Source of the DNA: Nemertoderma westbladi
Taxonomy: Eukaryota > Animalia > Xenacoelomorpha
NCBI GenBank assembly: GCA_032718475.1
Contig: JAUCBJ010001348.1
Coordinates: 1 to 43,922 of the forward strand
DNA length: 43,922 bases
Direction: 5' to 3'
Positions within the stretch are counted from its first letter, which is position 1. Each line of letters opens with the position of its first letter. The position numbers and the translations under genes were made by a program. Positions 12,201 to 21,224 of the stretch are shown here, piece after piece. The notes beneath the pieces were generated by a model that saw only the letters and a list, made by a program, of their open reading frames with translations, was not told where the DNA came from and made no database searches.

Positions 12201-15200
12201 CTTAGAAACTGAAGTTAATATTAGGTATGAAAATATGGGCAGTATGGTAAGGTGTCATTGTGGCAAGGATATTTGCTGTAATACACACGATAATAACGCC
12301 AGTATGAGTACACCTCCTTATCCAAGACTGGTTTTTCTTCAAACTACTATTGAAAAGTTAAAGTTAGATTTACTGGAGTGGCAGAGGAAATGTGGTTATA
12401 GGCTGAATCCCTCATTGTATTTACAAATGAAATCAGATATTGCTCAATTTGTTAATATTTTCCTCACATCATCTGTACCTTCCGTGCTTTGTGATATGAA
12501 GTGTGTTTTTCAACAGCTTAATGAATGCGCAGTTGTTCACTCTTTACGCATGATTGATCCTAAAATACATGGACGTATTGTTAAACTTATTAAGCAGGAG
12601 CAATCTTGTCAGCAAACTTTATCTCAATTTCTCAATCAAGTTCATGACAATTATTGGACTCTCCAGGATATTGCTGCCCCATTTACATTAATGGTAACTA
12701 CCTTGGCAGCAGCCCTAAGATTCTCAATGCATGCTTTAAGCAACTTTTATAAATGCACCAATAGTAAGTTGCTCCATCTCTTCTCCAACCCATTATATCT
12801 GGAAGATGCCATTATTGCGACATGTATGTGGCCATATTCATCATCAGTTTCGCAAGCCAAGACAATCATGTCTGAGCCTTTCTTGACTTTAGTCCATAGG
12901 AACATGATCACTTTCAGCTTACAAGACTCACTGAAACTTGATTTTGTTTTAAATGCATTACATTATAGTAGAAATAGTATTATTTCATCAACATATCTGC
13001 CTCTTGGGTATGAAAGCATGTTTCAAGAGATACTGCAATATATCGTTGATATTTGGAATGCCTATCAAGCTAATTATCTAAAAGAAGAACTTGAATCTGA
13101 ATCATTATTTAAATTTGAGAGTCATTTAAATATTAATTCCCACAATACTACTAATGCCCAAGAAGATTCAGAAATGATATTCCCAACATATCATGCAGAG
13201 TTTATGGACATATTTAAAGATAAAGATGGACTAGATGATAATCAAAGTGAAAATGAACCAAAACACCATAACACTGAATTTGACCAATCAAAGTATCCAT
13301 TTACTGACGAGTTCCTGAAATCTGTTGTTGAATCTTATCTAAATGTTTACAGTGATGAAAATATGTCGAATATGTGGATAAATTCTGTAAACACCGCAGC
13401 ATCTATAAATGTACATGGACAAGTAAAATCGATGAATACCATTGAAATTTTTAACCGCACCCACAAGCTTATGTCACCAATATTGCTGAAGTCATATGAC
13501 TCTTTGACATCAAGAGTAGATGACCTTTTAATAGGGGGACACTTCATTGTTAGTATGATTAACTCAAACAATCTACTAGTTGATACAGCTATTCCAGTTA
13601 GACCTGAAGTGTCTAAAGCAGTGCCAATTCTAGAACACATGATGAGTTCTATTAAGAAATACCTCAATGAGTGGCCAGACAACTCAATATTATCTAACAT
13701 TCTGGAAATTATTACCAGGATACTTAACTTTTCTAAAACAAGTCCCATGGCTAAGTTTCTAACAGGCCTTGAAATATTGCTTAAAGAAGGCCAGGTATGG
13801 GAGGATGTTGCACATAGAGAAGTTTCTATAAAAGAGCACCTCTGTGCTGTAACAAAATTAATCATTGAATGGAGGAAGTTTGAATTAAAAAATTGGAAAA
13901 AATTATTAGATTACTCTTCAAGTAAAATTAGTGAAATGGCTTATAAATGGTGGTTTTACTTATTTAACTTGGTAAATTTTAGTGCAAAAGGTTCTGGCGA
14001 CAATGATGAAGAAATAGTGAGTGGATTACTAGAGTTTTTTAATTCTTCTCCGATTGGTCAATTTGAAACACGTTTGATGCTTATTAGATCGTTTTATAGG
14101 TTTGCTGCTAGGCATAATTACCATGTTTCAAAAATACTGTGGAATATTAATCTATATTTCAGTCAGTTTTCAGAGGACATATCCCTTTACATGAACGAGA
14201 AGCGATCTATAATTGAAAAAGACTTACATGATTACATCGAAATTGCGAGATGGAATGACCTGAATTACTGGGCTGTCAAACAGTCATCCGAAAAGTCGCA
14301 TAAAGCCCTACATAAGTATATGAAGCAATTTGAGTTGGTATTGCTTCAGCCTTCTGGACAATATATTGTTGAATCTAGGAGTTTTAAAGAAACTGACTCC
14401 TTATTTACTTCATCAACAACGTTTAAGTCATTAGGACAAGAAAATACCAAAGTAATAACCAATCAAGACTTAAACATTAAGATTAGTTTAGGATATGACT
14501 CTAGCATTACAAACTTTACTTATTTTAATGAGTTTCCTCTAATATATTCGCTACCACAGTTGTACGCCAAGGCTTCCAAAATAATTCAAAAAATACTTGT
14601 ACCTTCCGCTATGAGTCACAAAATAGATTGTCTTGATAGTTTTAATCACGACATTATTGAAAATATATTGTCACTACAAGCAAAAGGTATTGAAGATAAA
14701 GGAAATGATGAGAAAAGAAAATCAATGGAAAAACTATTGAATCTTCAGAAACGAACATCTTTAGCTGCTTTATTCAAACATTTATCAACCCTGGGTCTTT
14801 CATATAGGAAGGGAATTCAAATGCGAAGCAAGTTTGACTTTTATAAGACAGCTAATGAAGTTAATTTGATATCTTCATTTATATCTAATAATATATCCAT
14901 GACATCTGCCATGAGTTATAGCTGGTCATCATCATGCAAGTATTACTCGCAATTGCTCGACCGCTATTTCTCTCTTCTGAAAGTTAAAGTTCCATCAAAG
15001 GATCTTTGTACTGCTGATGTTCAAAGATGCCTTGGGTTTTCAACACAAATATTGTCGTTGTGTACTATACAACGAAATGACATTGCCACCAGTGTAAGAC
15101 AGTTGTGTAAACTATCAAATATTCATAAAGAGCTGTCAACATCCTTTAGTCATGGTTTTCAATCCACTAATGTGTCAATAATAAAAGGGGGAATCGAAAG

Positions 15201-18200
15201 AGCCAATGTATTAGCTGACGAATGCTATGAAATGTTTGAACAAATCGAATTATTCTCCAAAGCATGTTTAACGCTAGAAACAAGACCGGCGCTTGTATCA
15301 TGTCAAGAATTATCTTCAGAGGGACACAATGTTGTGTCGTCAATAAAGCCACGGCTTACAGAAATTCTGCAGAACATGGAAATATGCAGCTCTTTGAAGA
15401 TGCCACATTTTTGTTCAAGAATTGAAACGGAAGAGGTTGGAGAGTGCTATTCCCAGTTAACTGGATCATTAACTGAACTCCATAAGTCCTGTACTGATAT
15501 TTTTGGTCATAAGGTTCTACCTTCATTTATGTCCAAGTTTACTGACCTTTGTACTTTGGCTCAGTCGCTCACGAAAGATTTTACCAGTAGCATTGTAACA
15601 CCAGAGAGTTTGGGAGTAAGTAATCTGGCAATTTGTGAATCGGTTACTTCTTTTCTAAATAAAGTGTTATTGGGCATACAAAATTTTTATAAAATAAGCA
15701 TGTGTGAAGACTCTAATGAAGTTTCTTTTCTAAATAAGGGCTTCCTTAAAAAAGATATTATTGAGGCCACCTCACAAATGACGAATATTATCAATGGAGA
15801 GGAAATAACTAACGTTTTATCCGAATTGTTGGCCTTAACTTCTAGCATTGGTGATAGACCCGAGATATCGAAGATATTCCCGCTGCTATTAGAAATCGGA
15901 TTATTATATATAAATATGTGTAATTATCACCTTAGATGTCTTGTGGCATTGACAAGAGTGATAACTAAGTTGGGTTATATCCTTGTTGGATTATTTGGCG
16001 ACCTTTTTAATAAAGGTTTTTGCGTACCGCCAGATGTCGAAGTTGACCCAAATACAGGCTCTTCCGAATATTGCGATATTTCAGGGGGAGGTGTAGGAGA
16101 TGGTGAAGGGGCCAAGGATGTTTCCGAGGAAATTGAAAATGAAGACCAATTAGTTGGCAATGAGGAGTCCACTGAACCCGATGGTAATCAGCCCGAACCA
16201 CACGATAATGGTATCGAGATGAGCCATGACATAGCCGGTGACCTGGTTGATACTGATGGAAGAGACAATGAAAGCAATAGTTCTGAGAGTGATATATCGG
16301 ATATAGATAAAGAAATGGGTAGTGTTGATGGAGATGATGTCCTTGATAATAAAATATGGAATGATGAAGATGACGAAAATGACAATCATGAAATTGATGA
16401 TTTAAAGGAAACGCCGTTACAAACAGGAAAAGGTGAATCGTCAGAATTGTCAGCGAAGTTGGATGAAGATATGGAGAACGATGAAAGTACTGAAAATAAA
16501 AATGACATAAAACCAGATAGGGATGATAATGCCGATTCTTTTGAAGATACTCCTGATATTCCCGACGAAAATCCTCAATCAGATGAGGTCGAAAAGAACG
16601 ATGGTACCGGTATTGATATTGATGTGCCTGAAGTTCCTGACAACAATGAAGATGAAAGTCAAGCCAATGGTAGTGGAGATGAAGTTGAACTCGAGGAAAC
16701 CAAAAATCATTGTGAGGACAATTTAGAAGATAGTGCTGAGTCAGATAGCAATAGTAATGTTGATGATAGTGAACACCAGAAGGGTTTGGAATATGATAAT
16801 GATGCTGCCGATGATGACGTAAATATCGCTGATGTTCAGGAAGATGCAATAAACACCAATCCCAAACCTGATGATATGGAAGTCGACAATGCCCCTCTCA
16901 ACCAACAGGCGTCGGACAGCTTACTAAAAGAGTCAGTAGACAGATTAAACCTTCCCGATGTGAGTAACAATGACGATGAAGTTAAATACGGCAAGAATGA
17001 CGTTGGCGGCTCTTTTAGTCAGGAAGATATGTTACATGGGGTGACATGTAATTTCGAACAGCCTGTTGCGAAGGAACGAGCTGCAAAGCGCCCACGACAA
17101 CCAAACATTGATAAATCTTTAGCTGAAGATGTTCTTGACAATGTAAGTAAGAAGCCATTGCTTGCCTCTGACGACACGAGTAGTAACAGGGATGATACAA
17201 TGGCGTTGCATTACCAACATGTGAAGCAAAACAACTTAGATGAGACTACTGAACAGACAATTGATTTTGGTACTGTAGAAGAAGCCAGGTCAACTAAAAT
17301 TGCTGAAACAATGGAAGTAACCGCATTTGATGATGTATGTGAAAGTGAACCCGATGACAACACTGATACTACCATAGAGCCAAAGCTTAAGATGAGTAAA
17401 ATAGAATCAGATACCATGGAGATTGCAAGTTCAGATACTCTTGAAGATAAAAGTAACAATGCGATTGATATGAAATCTACACATGCGACTCGAAATCTTG
17501 AATCTACCATCCACACGCAATTCGGCAGTATCGCTCAGCAAACACAATCTACGAATGCAATAGCTACAGATATAGATAACGTAGAAGTTAGTCAGAACAT
17601 TAGTGATTCAGAGATACAACAGTGTACAACATTATGGTACAACTACGATGGTCAGGTTGAACAGCTATCCCATGAACTGTGCGAACAGCTTAGACTAATT
17701 CTAGAGCCTACTGAGGCCTCCAAGATGAAGGGTGATTACAAAACCGGAAAACGACTCAACATGAAAAAAATAATACCTTATATAGCGAGTCAATTCCGGA
17801 AGGATAAGATCTGGTTGCGGCGAAGTTTACCGAACAAACGTAACTACCAAGTGTTGTTAGCCGTCGATGACTCTAGCAGTATGTGCGATAATGAGACCAA
17901 GGAAATGGCATTCCAGTCGGTAGCCCTCATAGGGAAAGCGTTGACATGGTTACAGGTGGGTCAGCTGGCGGTTGTGCGGTTTGGTGAGGCCTCTGATCTT
18001 GTTCATCCGTTCGCCGAACCCTTCACAGCAAACTCCGGAGCCCGAATAGTAGGATCCTTTACCTTCTCACAGACAAAGACTAACATCGCGCAATTAATGA
18101 ACTTTACAACTTCCTACATGAGTTCTTCTTTACGTAGCCTCGGACGCGGTACATTAATGCCGACATCCCAACTGTTATTGATTGTCTCAGATGGACGGGG

Positions 18201-18489
18201 ACTGTTCGGGGAAGGTACGACCACAGTCAGACAGTCGGTACAAGCCGCAAGGGACTCGGGTCTGTTTGTCGTTTTCGTTATTCTAGATAACCCATCGTCC
18301 AGGGATTCAATCACCGATATTAAGGTTCCTATTTTCGATAATTCTGGTAGTTTAAAGGAAATTCGTTCTTATTTAGAAGACTTTCCTTTCCCGTTTTATA
18401 TTGTCTTGCGGACTATTAGTTCCCTACCGAGTGTATTGAGTGACGCTTTACGGCAATGGTTTGAATTGGTAGCATCGGGGTGTCTATAA
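3217..18489 (+). CDS. MDN1: Midasin (Rea1/MDN1) AAA+ ATPase for 60S ribosome biogenesis; single-exon 5090-aa ORF
   Basis: Six tandem AAA modules with Walker A motifs GSMCSGKS, GESGCGKT, GETSVGKT, GETGCGKT, GSPGVGKT and GERGSGKT. Walker B motifs of the LLDEINLA/LLDELNLA type, with the typical IDNANL in AAA6. These are followed by a long linker, a D/E-rich tract (~16040-17000), the conserved ELCEQLRLILEPT...GDYKTGKRLNMKKIIPYIASQFRKDKIWLRR segment, and a C-terminal MIDAS/VWA domain (DDSSSM...SDGRG...LRQWFE). Confidence 0.99.
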   Translation: MNKEKNMQWIFKFYSKYIESPELWTLSDHEEFILKIASVSTSHYLEVNTLSYRYLSTSLSPFHRFQHLYENGNQNISDLKKHSNQISDDAILWACYLIINSKPSLYAKLWDWRPIIDLWLENSTKTQTQTWYAFCCVAILFKFSNYHIENICSNYFKLDVMPSNYALDRSQMDMYFDPKKCYLEHVYEYNLLPIESYCRNIGCNVDMHTSVTICGSNFMMLPSKTMPDSYIPLMVEVTSSMENFRNLCSYMVGNRAILLSGSMCSGKSLLIRHMASLTGRHGPPELLTVTVGHQMDCKFLVGSYKCTAIPGEFVWQPGILTQAVTNGHWLVLEDIDEAPMEFISLLLPLLESWKLYVPALGITLSCHPTFRIFASQTIHTRQEYPNVNHYNLLKGLFVTVHLNSPNSNEMHQIISKQYTKLVPISHKLIEIYDSVRSKSLSIRDAPNSISARNLLKFCKRINIENLLDNSATTAYQIFQEALDSFVSSYGNDEIVLNLSQSIADTLSISREKLDYFCLRYKPQLLLGKRTLEIGRATLLRNDSLIISNSQNELAHTRHLLCLVERVAMCIVHQEPVLLVGESGCGKTACLQYLASLLNKTFTVINLSQYSEASDLIGGFKPVKFSQVIIPLYDNFCNLFSRTFISSKNERFIGHVQSCLHSGRWSDLLNLLCHVSNQGIRLSSLKCFSDEWTILNDQLHQLLKNMNQMKSALCFKYIEGVLCNALQNGHWVLLDEINLATSETLSCISDILESNTGSILLTERGDIMPIERNSEFRLFACMNPATDIGKREMPLNLKSRFTEIYVSDLHDQIDLRVLVSHYLKSLNPAPKFVDGVVTFYLTLKKIAKTKLIDGTGHRPHYSLHTLCRSLMHATSSKPFPSLERRLYEGLALGFLSQLDRDSHPIVEKLIIHYVIGRERARLILKNALPEPSHGKFVKVEGYWLLCGDQEENTLKDKYILTNSVRENLRDLSRVVSSGLFPVLLQGETSVGKTSLIQYLASVTNNVCVRINNHEHTDIQEYIGGYVANESGELVFTEGVLISAMRKGHWVLLDELNLAPSDVLEALNRLLDSNRELYITETQTTVKAEPGFILFATQNPTGSYGGRKSLSRAFRNRFVELHFMDIPARELEIILKDRCLLPASYCNKMVAVMLELQSLRKSSGLFSGKHGFITLRDLFRWGERFQKASVLEIQSTFHDWNQYIAETGFMLLGGRVRKSEEEVVIRDVIGKHFHRVINDSKLFVLDEDAHTLSRNLILKLLAGVEGYHHIYWTKPLMRMAILLGQALIFGEPVLLVGETGCGKTTLCQLFAAAFKQTLVTLSCHMHTETSDIIGGLRPNRAEENASQLFNWVDGPLVMAMKLGSIMLLDEISLADDSILERINSVLDPSHSITLAEKGSTEDEVEEIVADQSFRLVATMNPGGDYGKKELSPALRNRFTEIWCSNSTESSDIINIIEHNISSLVHFGNQEDGTSGAGKLMLDFITFISNNVFTPKYIVTVRDILSWVTFINVCHKQNISLAECYVHGACLVFLDNFELYNDSSNQLYNTCLEYLTSQMKAIDGNFQFRVFFDQIICNDANYFGVYPFFITSGASDRSVDYIFKSSTVFGNFVKVLRAMQIQKPILLEGSPGVGKTSLIEAIAKASGNEITRINLSEQTDISDLFGADLPIDNCGEMKLAWRDGPLLLALKCGNWVLFDELNLASQSVLEGLNACLDHRGEIYVPELSRTFKIKYGHSMIFACQNPMKQGGGRKGLPRSFLNRFTRIFLNEYTLDDILFICQSSFPIIDCEVIRLMVEFNFHLYQSITVLKEFGQKGSPWEFNLRDLFRWCHLMEKYQEPAFWDPGQFVNVLYASRMRSIDDKCQVFNCYNLFISKSSLKLPHISLQRRIQFHITPAKVIIGSSVIKRSTEIDLSGKLPHYKSLCLLTNQLQVLESIVHCVNMGWMTILVGERGSGKTSIIQTLAMLTGNQFHTIPATSDMDATELLGGFEQTNIDRQFSLIADKLEFVTLSLLYHKLLDKKSSGDLLNCLSELECIKKKYCSNDRNQLKLRVDICVNMYRKLLHLDREKQYNDQFCLIEHHLSKLNTKVNMLRTGAFEWVDSALVTALKEGHWVVIDNANLCNASVLDRLNGVLETRGSLLLHECGEVDGCFPLIKPHPNFRLFLIMNDSNGSISRAMRNRGVELCVSEHFSDIVEHKDLLTLIYHYGVTDYTIRVIIHETFTKCSTTLTLRGLLQVCKTYSALVDAGSDMWDAFMFSVSGYDSDWWDYIISIYPVKPDTVSPENQDYTIYPNIEYICKNSTIAGVCHDIAPIESICQRLIFNTNDNLQTMCLSLYYSVQIYLEKTSVFNINFRQHMVNQVATYYLSPILKLLGPQLNPNIKLQSCEVIIRSLLQRCGSLTDLLALLLPNMKLLHGVSDDYLPFDNRLLPGYYNHRSQGQAQIDEHSNRINAQLYIHQLSNRFEYIVRTIIQQEIEHPDISPLESSIKYPDEINRNHGMAQGCQKILFPLIKATFLGLKNYAALEESLTNDFIISYFVAVLSLENFIDACLKAPYDQILVSIMWNYFKTNFVDIIDVNICKDWILILEGGLGFDNELLEIGSTLLGKFSPPKPFKSKEIAAIYTKANLIKQRLSIQRSDLMLPFKQSYPRLSYIIDGDKDNLLPTAMMAITNLLSGRPLEADMVQKLEDVEINFDSGEHYLNYLLMQNNLQQFAFNSYFTFWNLLQEFRSMYDKKSSCDFLELITSLWNMPFLNSTLLWGCGGSSEHEQGLDSTTMVEPFTLKSGPGLLYTPCLSYMTMNILDGFKTTSIADSDLCSSAVNRVVANLYQHMLVVRLPISTIFNDFLLNWIQSSVLKLFDKNDCSLSLLDNPSVDDVCQYCDKFLSLMQTESIISQPGLTSTNDFRLHIGESVESLKKAQFYSDAPLDTPLLHGYTGDISSGLQNISVLKYFAQMFHNNFAIAHFASILAKSLAPVFPFDPILRADCEATTIKNTLVALETEVNIRYENMGSMVRCHCGKDICCNTHDNNASMSTPPYPRLVFLQTTIEKLKLDLLEWQRKCGYRLNPSLYLQMKSDIAQFVNIFLTSSVPSVLCDMKCVFQQLNECAVVHSLRMIDPKIHGRIVKLIKQEQSCQQTLSQFLNQVHDNYWTLQDIAAPFTLMVTTLAAALRFSMHALSNFYKCTNSKLLHLFSNPLYLEDAIIATCMWPYSSSVSQAKTIMSEPFLTLVHRNMITFSLQDSLKLDFVLNALHYSRNSIISSTYLPLGYESMFQEILQYIVDIWNAYQANYLKEELESESLFKFESHLNINSHNTTNAQEDSEMIFPTYHAEFMDIFKDKDGLDDNQSENEPKHHNTEFDQSKYPFTDEFLKSVVESYLNVYSDENMSNMWINSVNTAASINVHGQVKSMNTIEIFNRTHKLMSPILLKSYDSLTSRVDDLLIGGHFIVSMINSNNLLVDTAIPVRPEVSKAVPILEHMMSSIKKYLNEWPDNSILSNILEIITRILNFSKTSPMAKFLTGLEILLKEGQVWEDVAHREVSIKEHLCAVTKLIIEWRKFELKNWKKLLDYSSSKISEMAYKWWFYLFNLVNFSAKGSGDNDEEIVSGLLEFFNSSPIGQFETRLMLIRSFYRFAARHNYHVSKILWNINLYFSQFSEDISLYMNEKRSIIEKDLHDYIEIARWNDLNYWAVKQSSEKSHKALHKYMKQFELVLLQPSGQYIVESRSFKETDSLFTSSTTFKSLGQENTKVITNQDLNIKISLGYDSSITNFTYFNEFPLIYSLPQLYAKASKIIQKILVPSAMSHKIDCLDSFNHDIIENILSLQAKGIEDKGNDEKRKSMEKLLNLQKRTSLAALFKHLSTLGLSYRKGIQMRSKFDFYKTANEVNLISSFISNNISMTSAMSYSWSSSCKYYSQLLDRYFSLLKVKVPSKDLCTADVQRCLGFSTQILSLCTIQRNDIATSVRQLCKLSNIHKELSTSFSHGFQSTNVSIIKGGIERANVLADECYEMFEQIELFSKACLTLETRPALVSCQELSSEGHNVVSSIKPRLTEILQNMEICSSLKMPHFCSRIETEEVGECYSQLTGSLTELHKSCTDIFGHKVLPSFMSKFTDLCTLAQSLTKDFTSSIVTPESLGVSNLAICESVTSFLNKVLLGIQNFYKISMCEDSNEVSFLNKGFLKKDIIEATSQMTNIINGEEITNVLSELLALTSSIGDRPEISKIFPLLLEIGLLYINMCNYHLRCLVALTRVITKLGYILVGLFGDLFNKGFCVPPDVEVDPNTGSSEYCDISGGGVGDGEGAKDVSEEIENEDQLVGNEESTEPDGNQPEPHDNGIEMSHDIAGDLVDTDGRDNESNSSESDISDIDKEMGSVDGDDVLDNKIWNDEDDENDNHEIDDLKETPLQTGKGESSELSAKLDEDMENDESTENKNDIKPDRDDNADSFEDTPDIPDENPQSDEVEKNDGTGIDIDVPEVPDNNEDESQANGSGDEVELEETKNHCEDNLEDSAESDSNSNVDDSEHQKGLEYDNDAADDDVNIADVQEDAINTNPKPDDMEVDNAPLNQQASDSLLKESVDRLNLPDVSNNDDEVKYGKNDVGGSFSQEDMLHGVTCNFEQPVAKERAAKRPRQPNIDKSLAEDVLDNVSKKPLLASDDTSSNRDDTMALHYQHVKQNNLDETTEQTIDFGTVEEARSTKIAETMEVTAFDDVCESEPDDNTDTTIEPKLKMSKIESDTMEIASSDTLEDKSNNAIDMKSTHATRNLESTIHTQFGSIAQQTQSTNAIATDIDNVEVSQNISDSEIQQCTTLWYNYDGQVEQLSHELCEQLRLILEPTEASKMKGDYKTGKRLNMKKIIPYIASQFRKDKIWLRRSLPNKRNYQVLLAVDDSSSMCDNETKEMAFQSVALIGKALTWLQVGQLAVVRFGEASDLVHPFAEPFTANSGARIVGSFTFSQTKTNIAQLMNFTTSYMSSSLRSLGRGTLMPTSQLLLIVSDGRGLFGEGTTTVRQSVQAARDSGLFVVFVILDNPSSRDSITDIKVPIFDNSGSLKEIRSYLEDFPFPFYIVLRTISSLPSVLSDALRQWFELVASGCL

Positions 18490-19807
18490 GTGGTGGCCTT
18501 ACATTATATTTACTATTTTATAGAAGTATTTTACCTTATTGCGGTGCTGGGATCAGGTTTCATATGAAATAATGTAAACAAAAATGAAATATTTTATACA
18601 TAAAAGCCCTATTTTTTCTACATATTAACTGATGATTTCCGAAGCAAAGTAATTAATCACTGTAATTATTACTTGGAATTCCAAATCTTCTCGAATTGTA
18701 AGGGAATTGATAACAGGATACAGTGAAAATGTATAAAATTATTCTCTGCTCGCTTCGTTGGCCAATCAATTTCACAAACGATCTCAAGATTCAATAAACT
18801 AAATAGTGACAGGACAATAATTGACCCCCGAATGACACTGATTCACCAAGAGGAAAATTACAAAATAAATAAGGTCGTTCTAACTATAGCAAGCAAGTTA
18901 GTCAATAATTCCTAACTTGTTACAACATTAACACTAATTTTATAGAGCTAAGCTATAACACATAAAAATTTTAGAGGTTGAGGTTAATATTTATAACTCT
19001 AATTCCAAAAAACCATAGGAAAACTTTCAAAAAATATGGAACTAGGACAATTGCCAATTGCAAAATAAGTTTTTTGTTTTGGCTATATTACGCCATTCTG
19101 TAACATTCAATTACCAAACCATTTAACAAACTAAAAAGCAACCGGACCTAGAAGTTGCTCTCAATCCCTGATCAGCTGATGGTAGTCTTCTGTGAGGTAC
19201 AGTGTGTGTTGTAACTAACCAGCCGGAAGCATTAGAACACCCATATCTCCGGTATTTTACGACAATGTGTTGCACAGTATTTGGAATCCGTACATGGCCA
19301 GCTTTCAAACAGTACCAATAAATTACTAAGGTTGAATATTATCTGCTGTAACTGGAATATCGACGGAGACACCTTTTTCAAATGTTTGTAATGTATAGCT
19401 AAAGATTTTAAGCTAAATAAAAGGAAGGGCAGGGAGGTGAAACTATCGCTGTTTTTTGTCTACAGAATTCTACAATAAAGACGAAATTCGGTTTCTGGGT
19501 AATACAAATTGGATAGATAAATGTCTCCAAAAAAAAATATTTTTGAGGAAAATGGCCATTAGTTTTCTATTGATTCAAACTGACTAAAATTGGTCTTTGG
19601 GTTAACTCCCAAGTAGACCAAAATGTAGACAGTTCACTTCGATAATCCTCAAGAAATGTCTGATCGTATGAACATAAACTCCAAGGATAGCATTGTTTTA
19701 TTTTTTTAACATTGCAGGACATTTTTTTGCCGTAAAAGACCAGCCAGTACACAATCTTGTGCTTTGGCAGCCCCATGGAGAAAATAAACATGGTGGACAC
19801 TGGACAG

Positions 19808-20589
19808 TAGGGCTCGATCGGAGCTCCGGCCTCCGGCTCCGGCTCCGGTCATTTTGGCACCTCCGGCTCCTGCTCCGGCTCCGGTAAAAATATTGCCGGA
19901 GTTAATTTTTTAATAAAGTATTATATTTCGTGCATATTCTAATCTGAACAATTATTTAACACTATAAGTACTGTAGTACAGCTTCAATATCAAGTATAAT
20001 CTGATAATACTGCAGTATTTACTTAAAGTCAATGACTGACTGACTGTACTGCAGTACTGGTACTGGCCAGCTGGCTGACTAGCAGACTATTACAGATAGG
20101 CCCTACTTTAAAAAATTGTAAATGCTATGATTGTACACTGTCAGACTGTACCACTGCAGCCATTTACTGCTGTCATGCCAGCATACTGTACTGCAGTACT
20201 GGTACACAGTACGGTAGGCTACCTACAGTACACACCTCTACCACAGTTAGACAGTTAGTCGAGTTAGGTACTGTAGGTAATTTTTAGCCGTCAGCGTCAG
20301 GCCGTCGCCGTCAGCATCAGGCCGTCGCCGTCAGCGTCAGGCCGTCTGTCCGTGATAAATTAATTACTTAAATTTTAAATTGAAAATTCGTAAATCTATA
20401 AATTATGAAATTAATTAGACCTACAGTATGATTGATTGTGAGCGATTGGCGAACGATAACCATACTTTATTTTTTTTTAAATAAATAATTAAATTTTTAA
20501 AATTTTTGAAAAACTCCGGCTCCTGCTCCGGCTCCGGCCAAATTGTCCAACTCCGGCTCCGGCCAAATCCCAACTCCGATCGAGCCCTG
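19808..20589. mobile_element. Non-autonomous hAT-type MITE, 782 bp
   Basis: 16-bp TIRs tagggctcgatcggag / ctccgatcgagccctg (15/16 match). Perfect 8-bp TSD ctggacag at 19800-19807 and 20590-20597. Subterminal ctccgg arrays at both ends; no coding capacity. Confidence 0.92.
20287..20346 (+). repeat. 20-bp tandem repeat x3 inside the MITE
   Basis: gccgtcagc(g/a)tcaggccgtc three times. Confidence 0.9.
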
Positions 20590-20859
20590 CTGGACAGCCC
20601 ATGAATTTCGTGAGACACCTCTTAAAGGACATTGGCCTTGAAGAAGCGGATAATCTCGCCAAAGTCATGGGGGGATAGGGATTTGTGGCGGTGCAACTTT
20701 GTTGATAAGCCGGCATAGCATTCTTAATGCACGCTGCATTATTGGGCTTGCCACTGTGGATTGCATGGTGGTGGCAAAATATATTTGCAAATATTTTTTA
20801 AGCATCTCAATGTGCAGTTTCAATGCAGCAGGCCGATCTTAGTAGTAGTACAGTATGCT

Positions 20860-21110
20860 TGAGCACGTGGATGACTTCTGCTACTTGGGATCATGTATCC
20901 GGAAGTCAGGTGAAGGATTACAGCTACGGATACCGGTATGTAAGGAGAAGGCATGGACAGCATTGAATAGTCTGTCCAGAATTTGGAAGGCCCATACCAT
21001 ATAACAAAACGGAATATCAAGCTTACATTATTTAGGCCAGAGTAGAACCAGTACTCGTATTATTCCATGCTGGCTCTAACTGCTGCGAACACATAATCTT
21101 GGAAGTATAC
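20860..21110 (+). mobile_element. RTE-clade LINE reverse-transcriptase C-terminal remnant (frameshifted)
   Basis: Peptide pieces DDFCYLGS, KAWTALNSLSRIWK, IKLTLFR and VEPVL occur in the expected order. Confidence 0.7.
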
Positions 21111-21224
21111 AAGAATGTAACGTTTACTGTGTTACAGTGGGTTTACTGTGTCAAATACAATGAACACAACACGTGCGTGGGGCGGCCTTCGCACAGCACG
21201 AGACTATATACGTACTACGTTTGG

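Larger units (their letters stand above)
19712..20710 (+). mobile_element. RTE-clade LINE 3' ORF fragment, interrupted by a hAT MITE
   Basis: Joined across the MITE (allowing a 7-bp extra), it reads AGHFFAVKDQPVHNLVLWQPHGENKHGG-QPMNFVRHLLKDIGLEEADNLAKVMGDRDLWR. This is the typical RTE C-terminus (GH...LW.P..G...G.P...L..D.G......M.DR..WR). Confidence 0.75.

Noticed and set aside
16007-16849. 280-aa His/Leu-rich antisense ORF and other short antisense ORFs inside MDN1
   Set aside because: These are shadows of the GAT/GAA-rich acidic tract and of the long sense frame; they show no domain features.
3217-18489. Dynein heavy chain, RNF213, or a prokaryotic or viral giant protein
   Set aside because: The six N-terminal AAA modules plus D/E tract plus C-terminal MIDAS are diagnostic of midasin.
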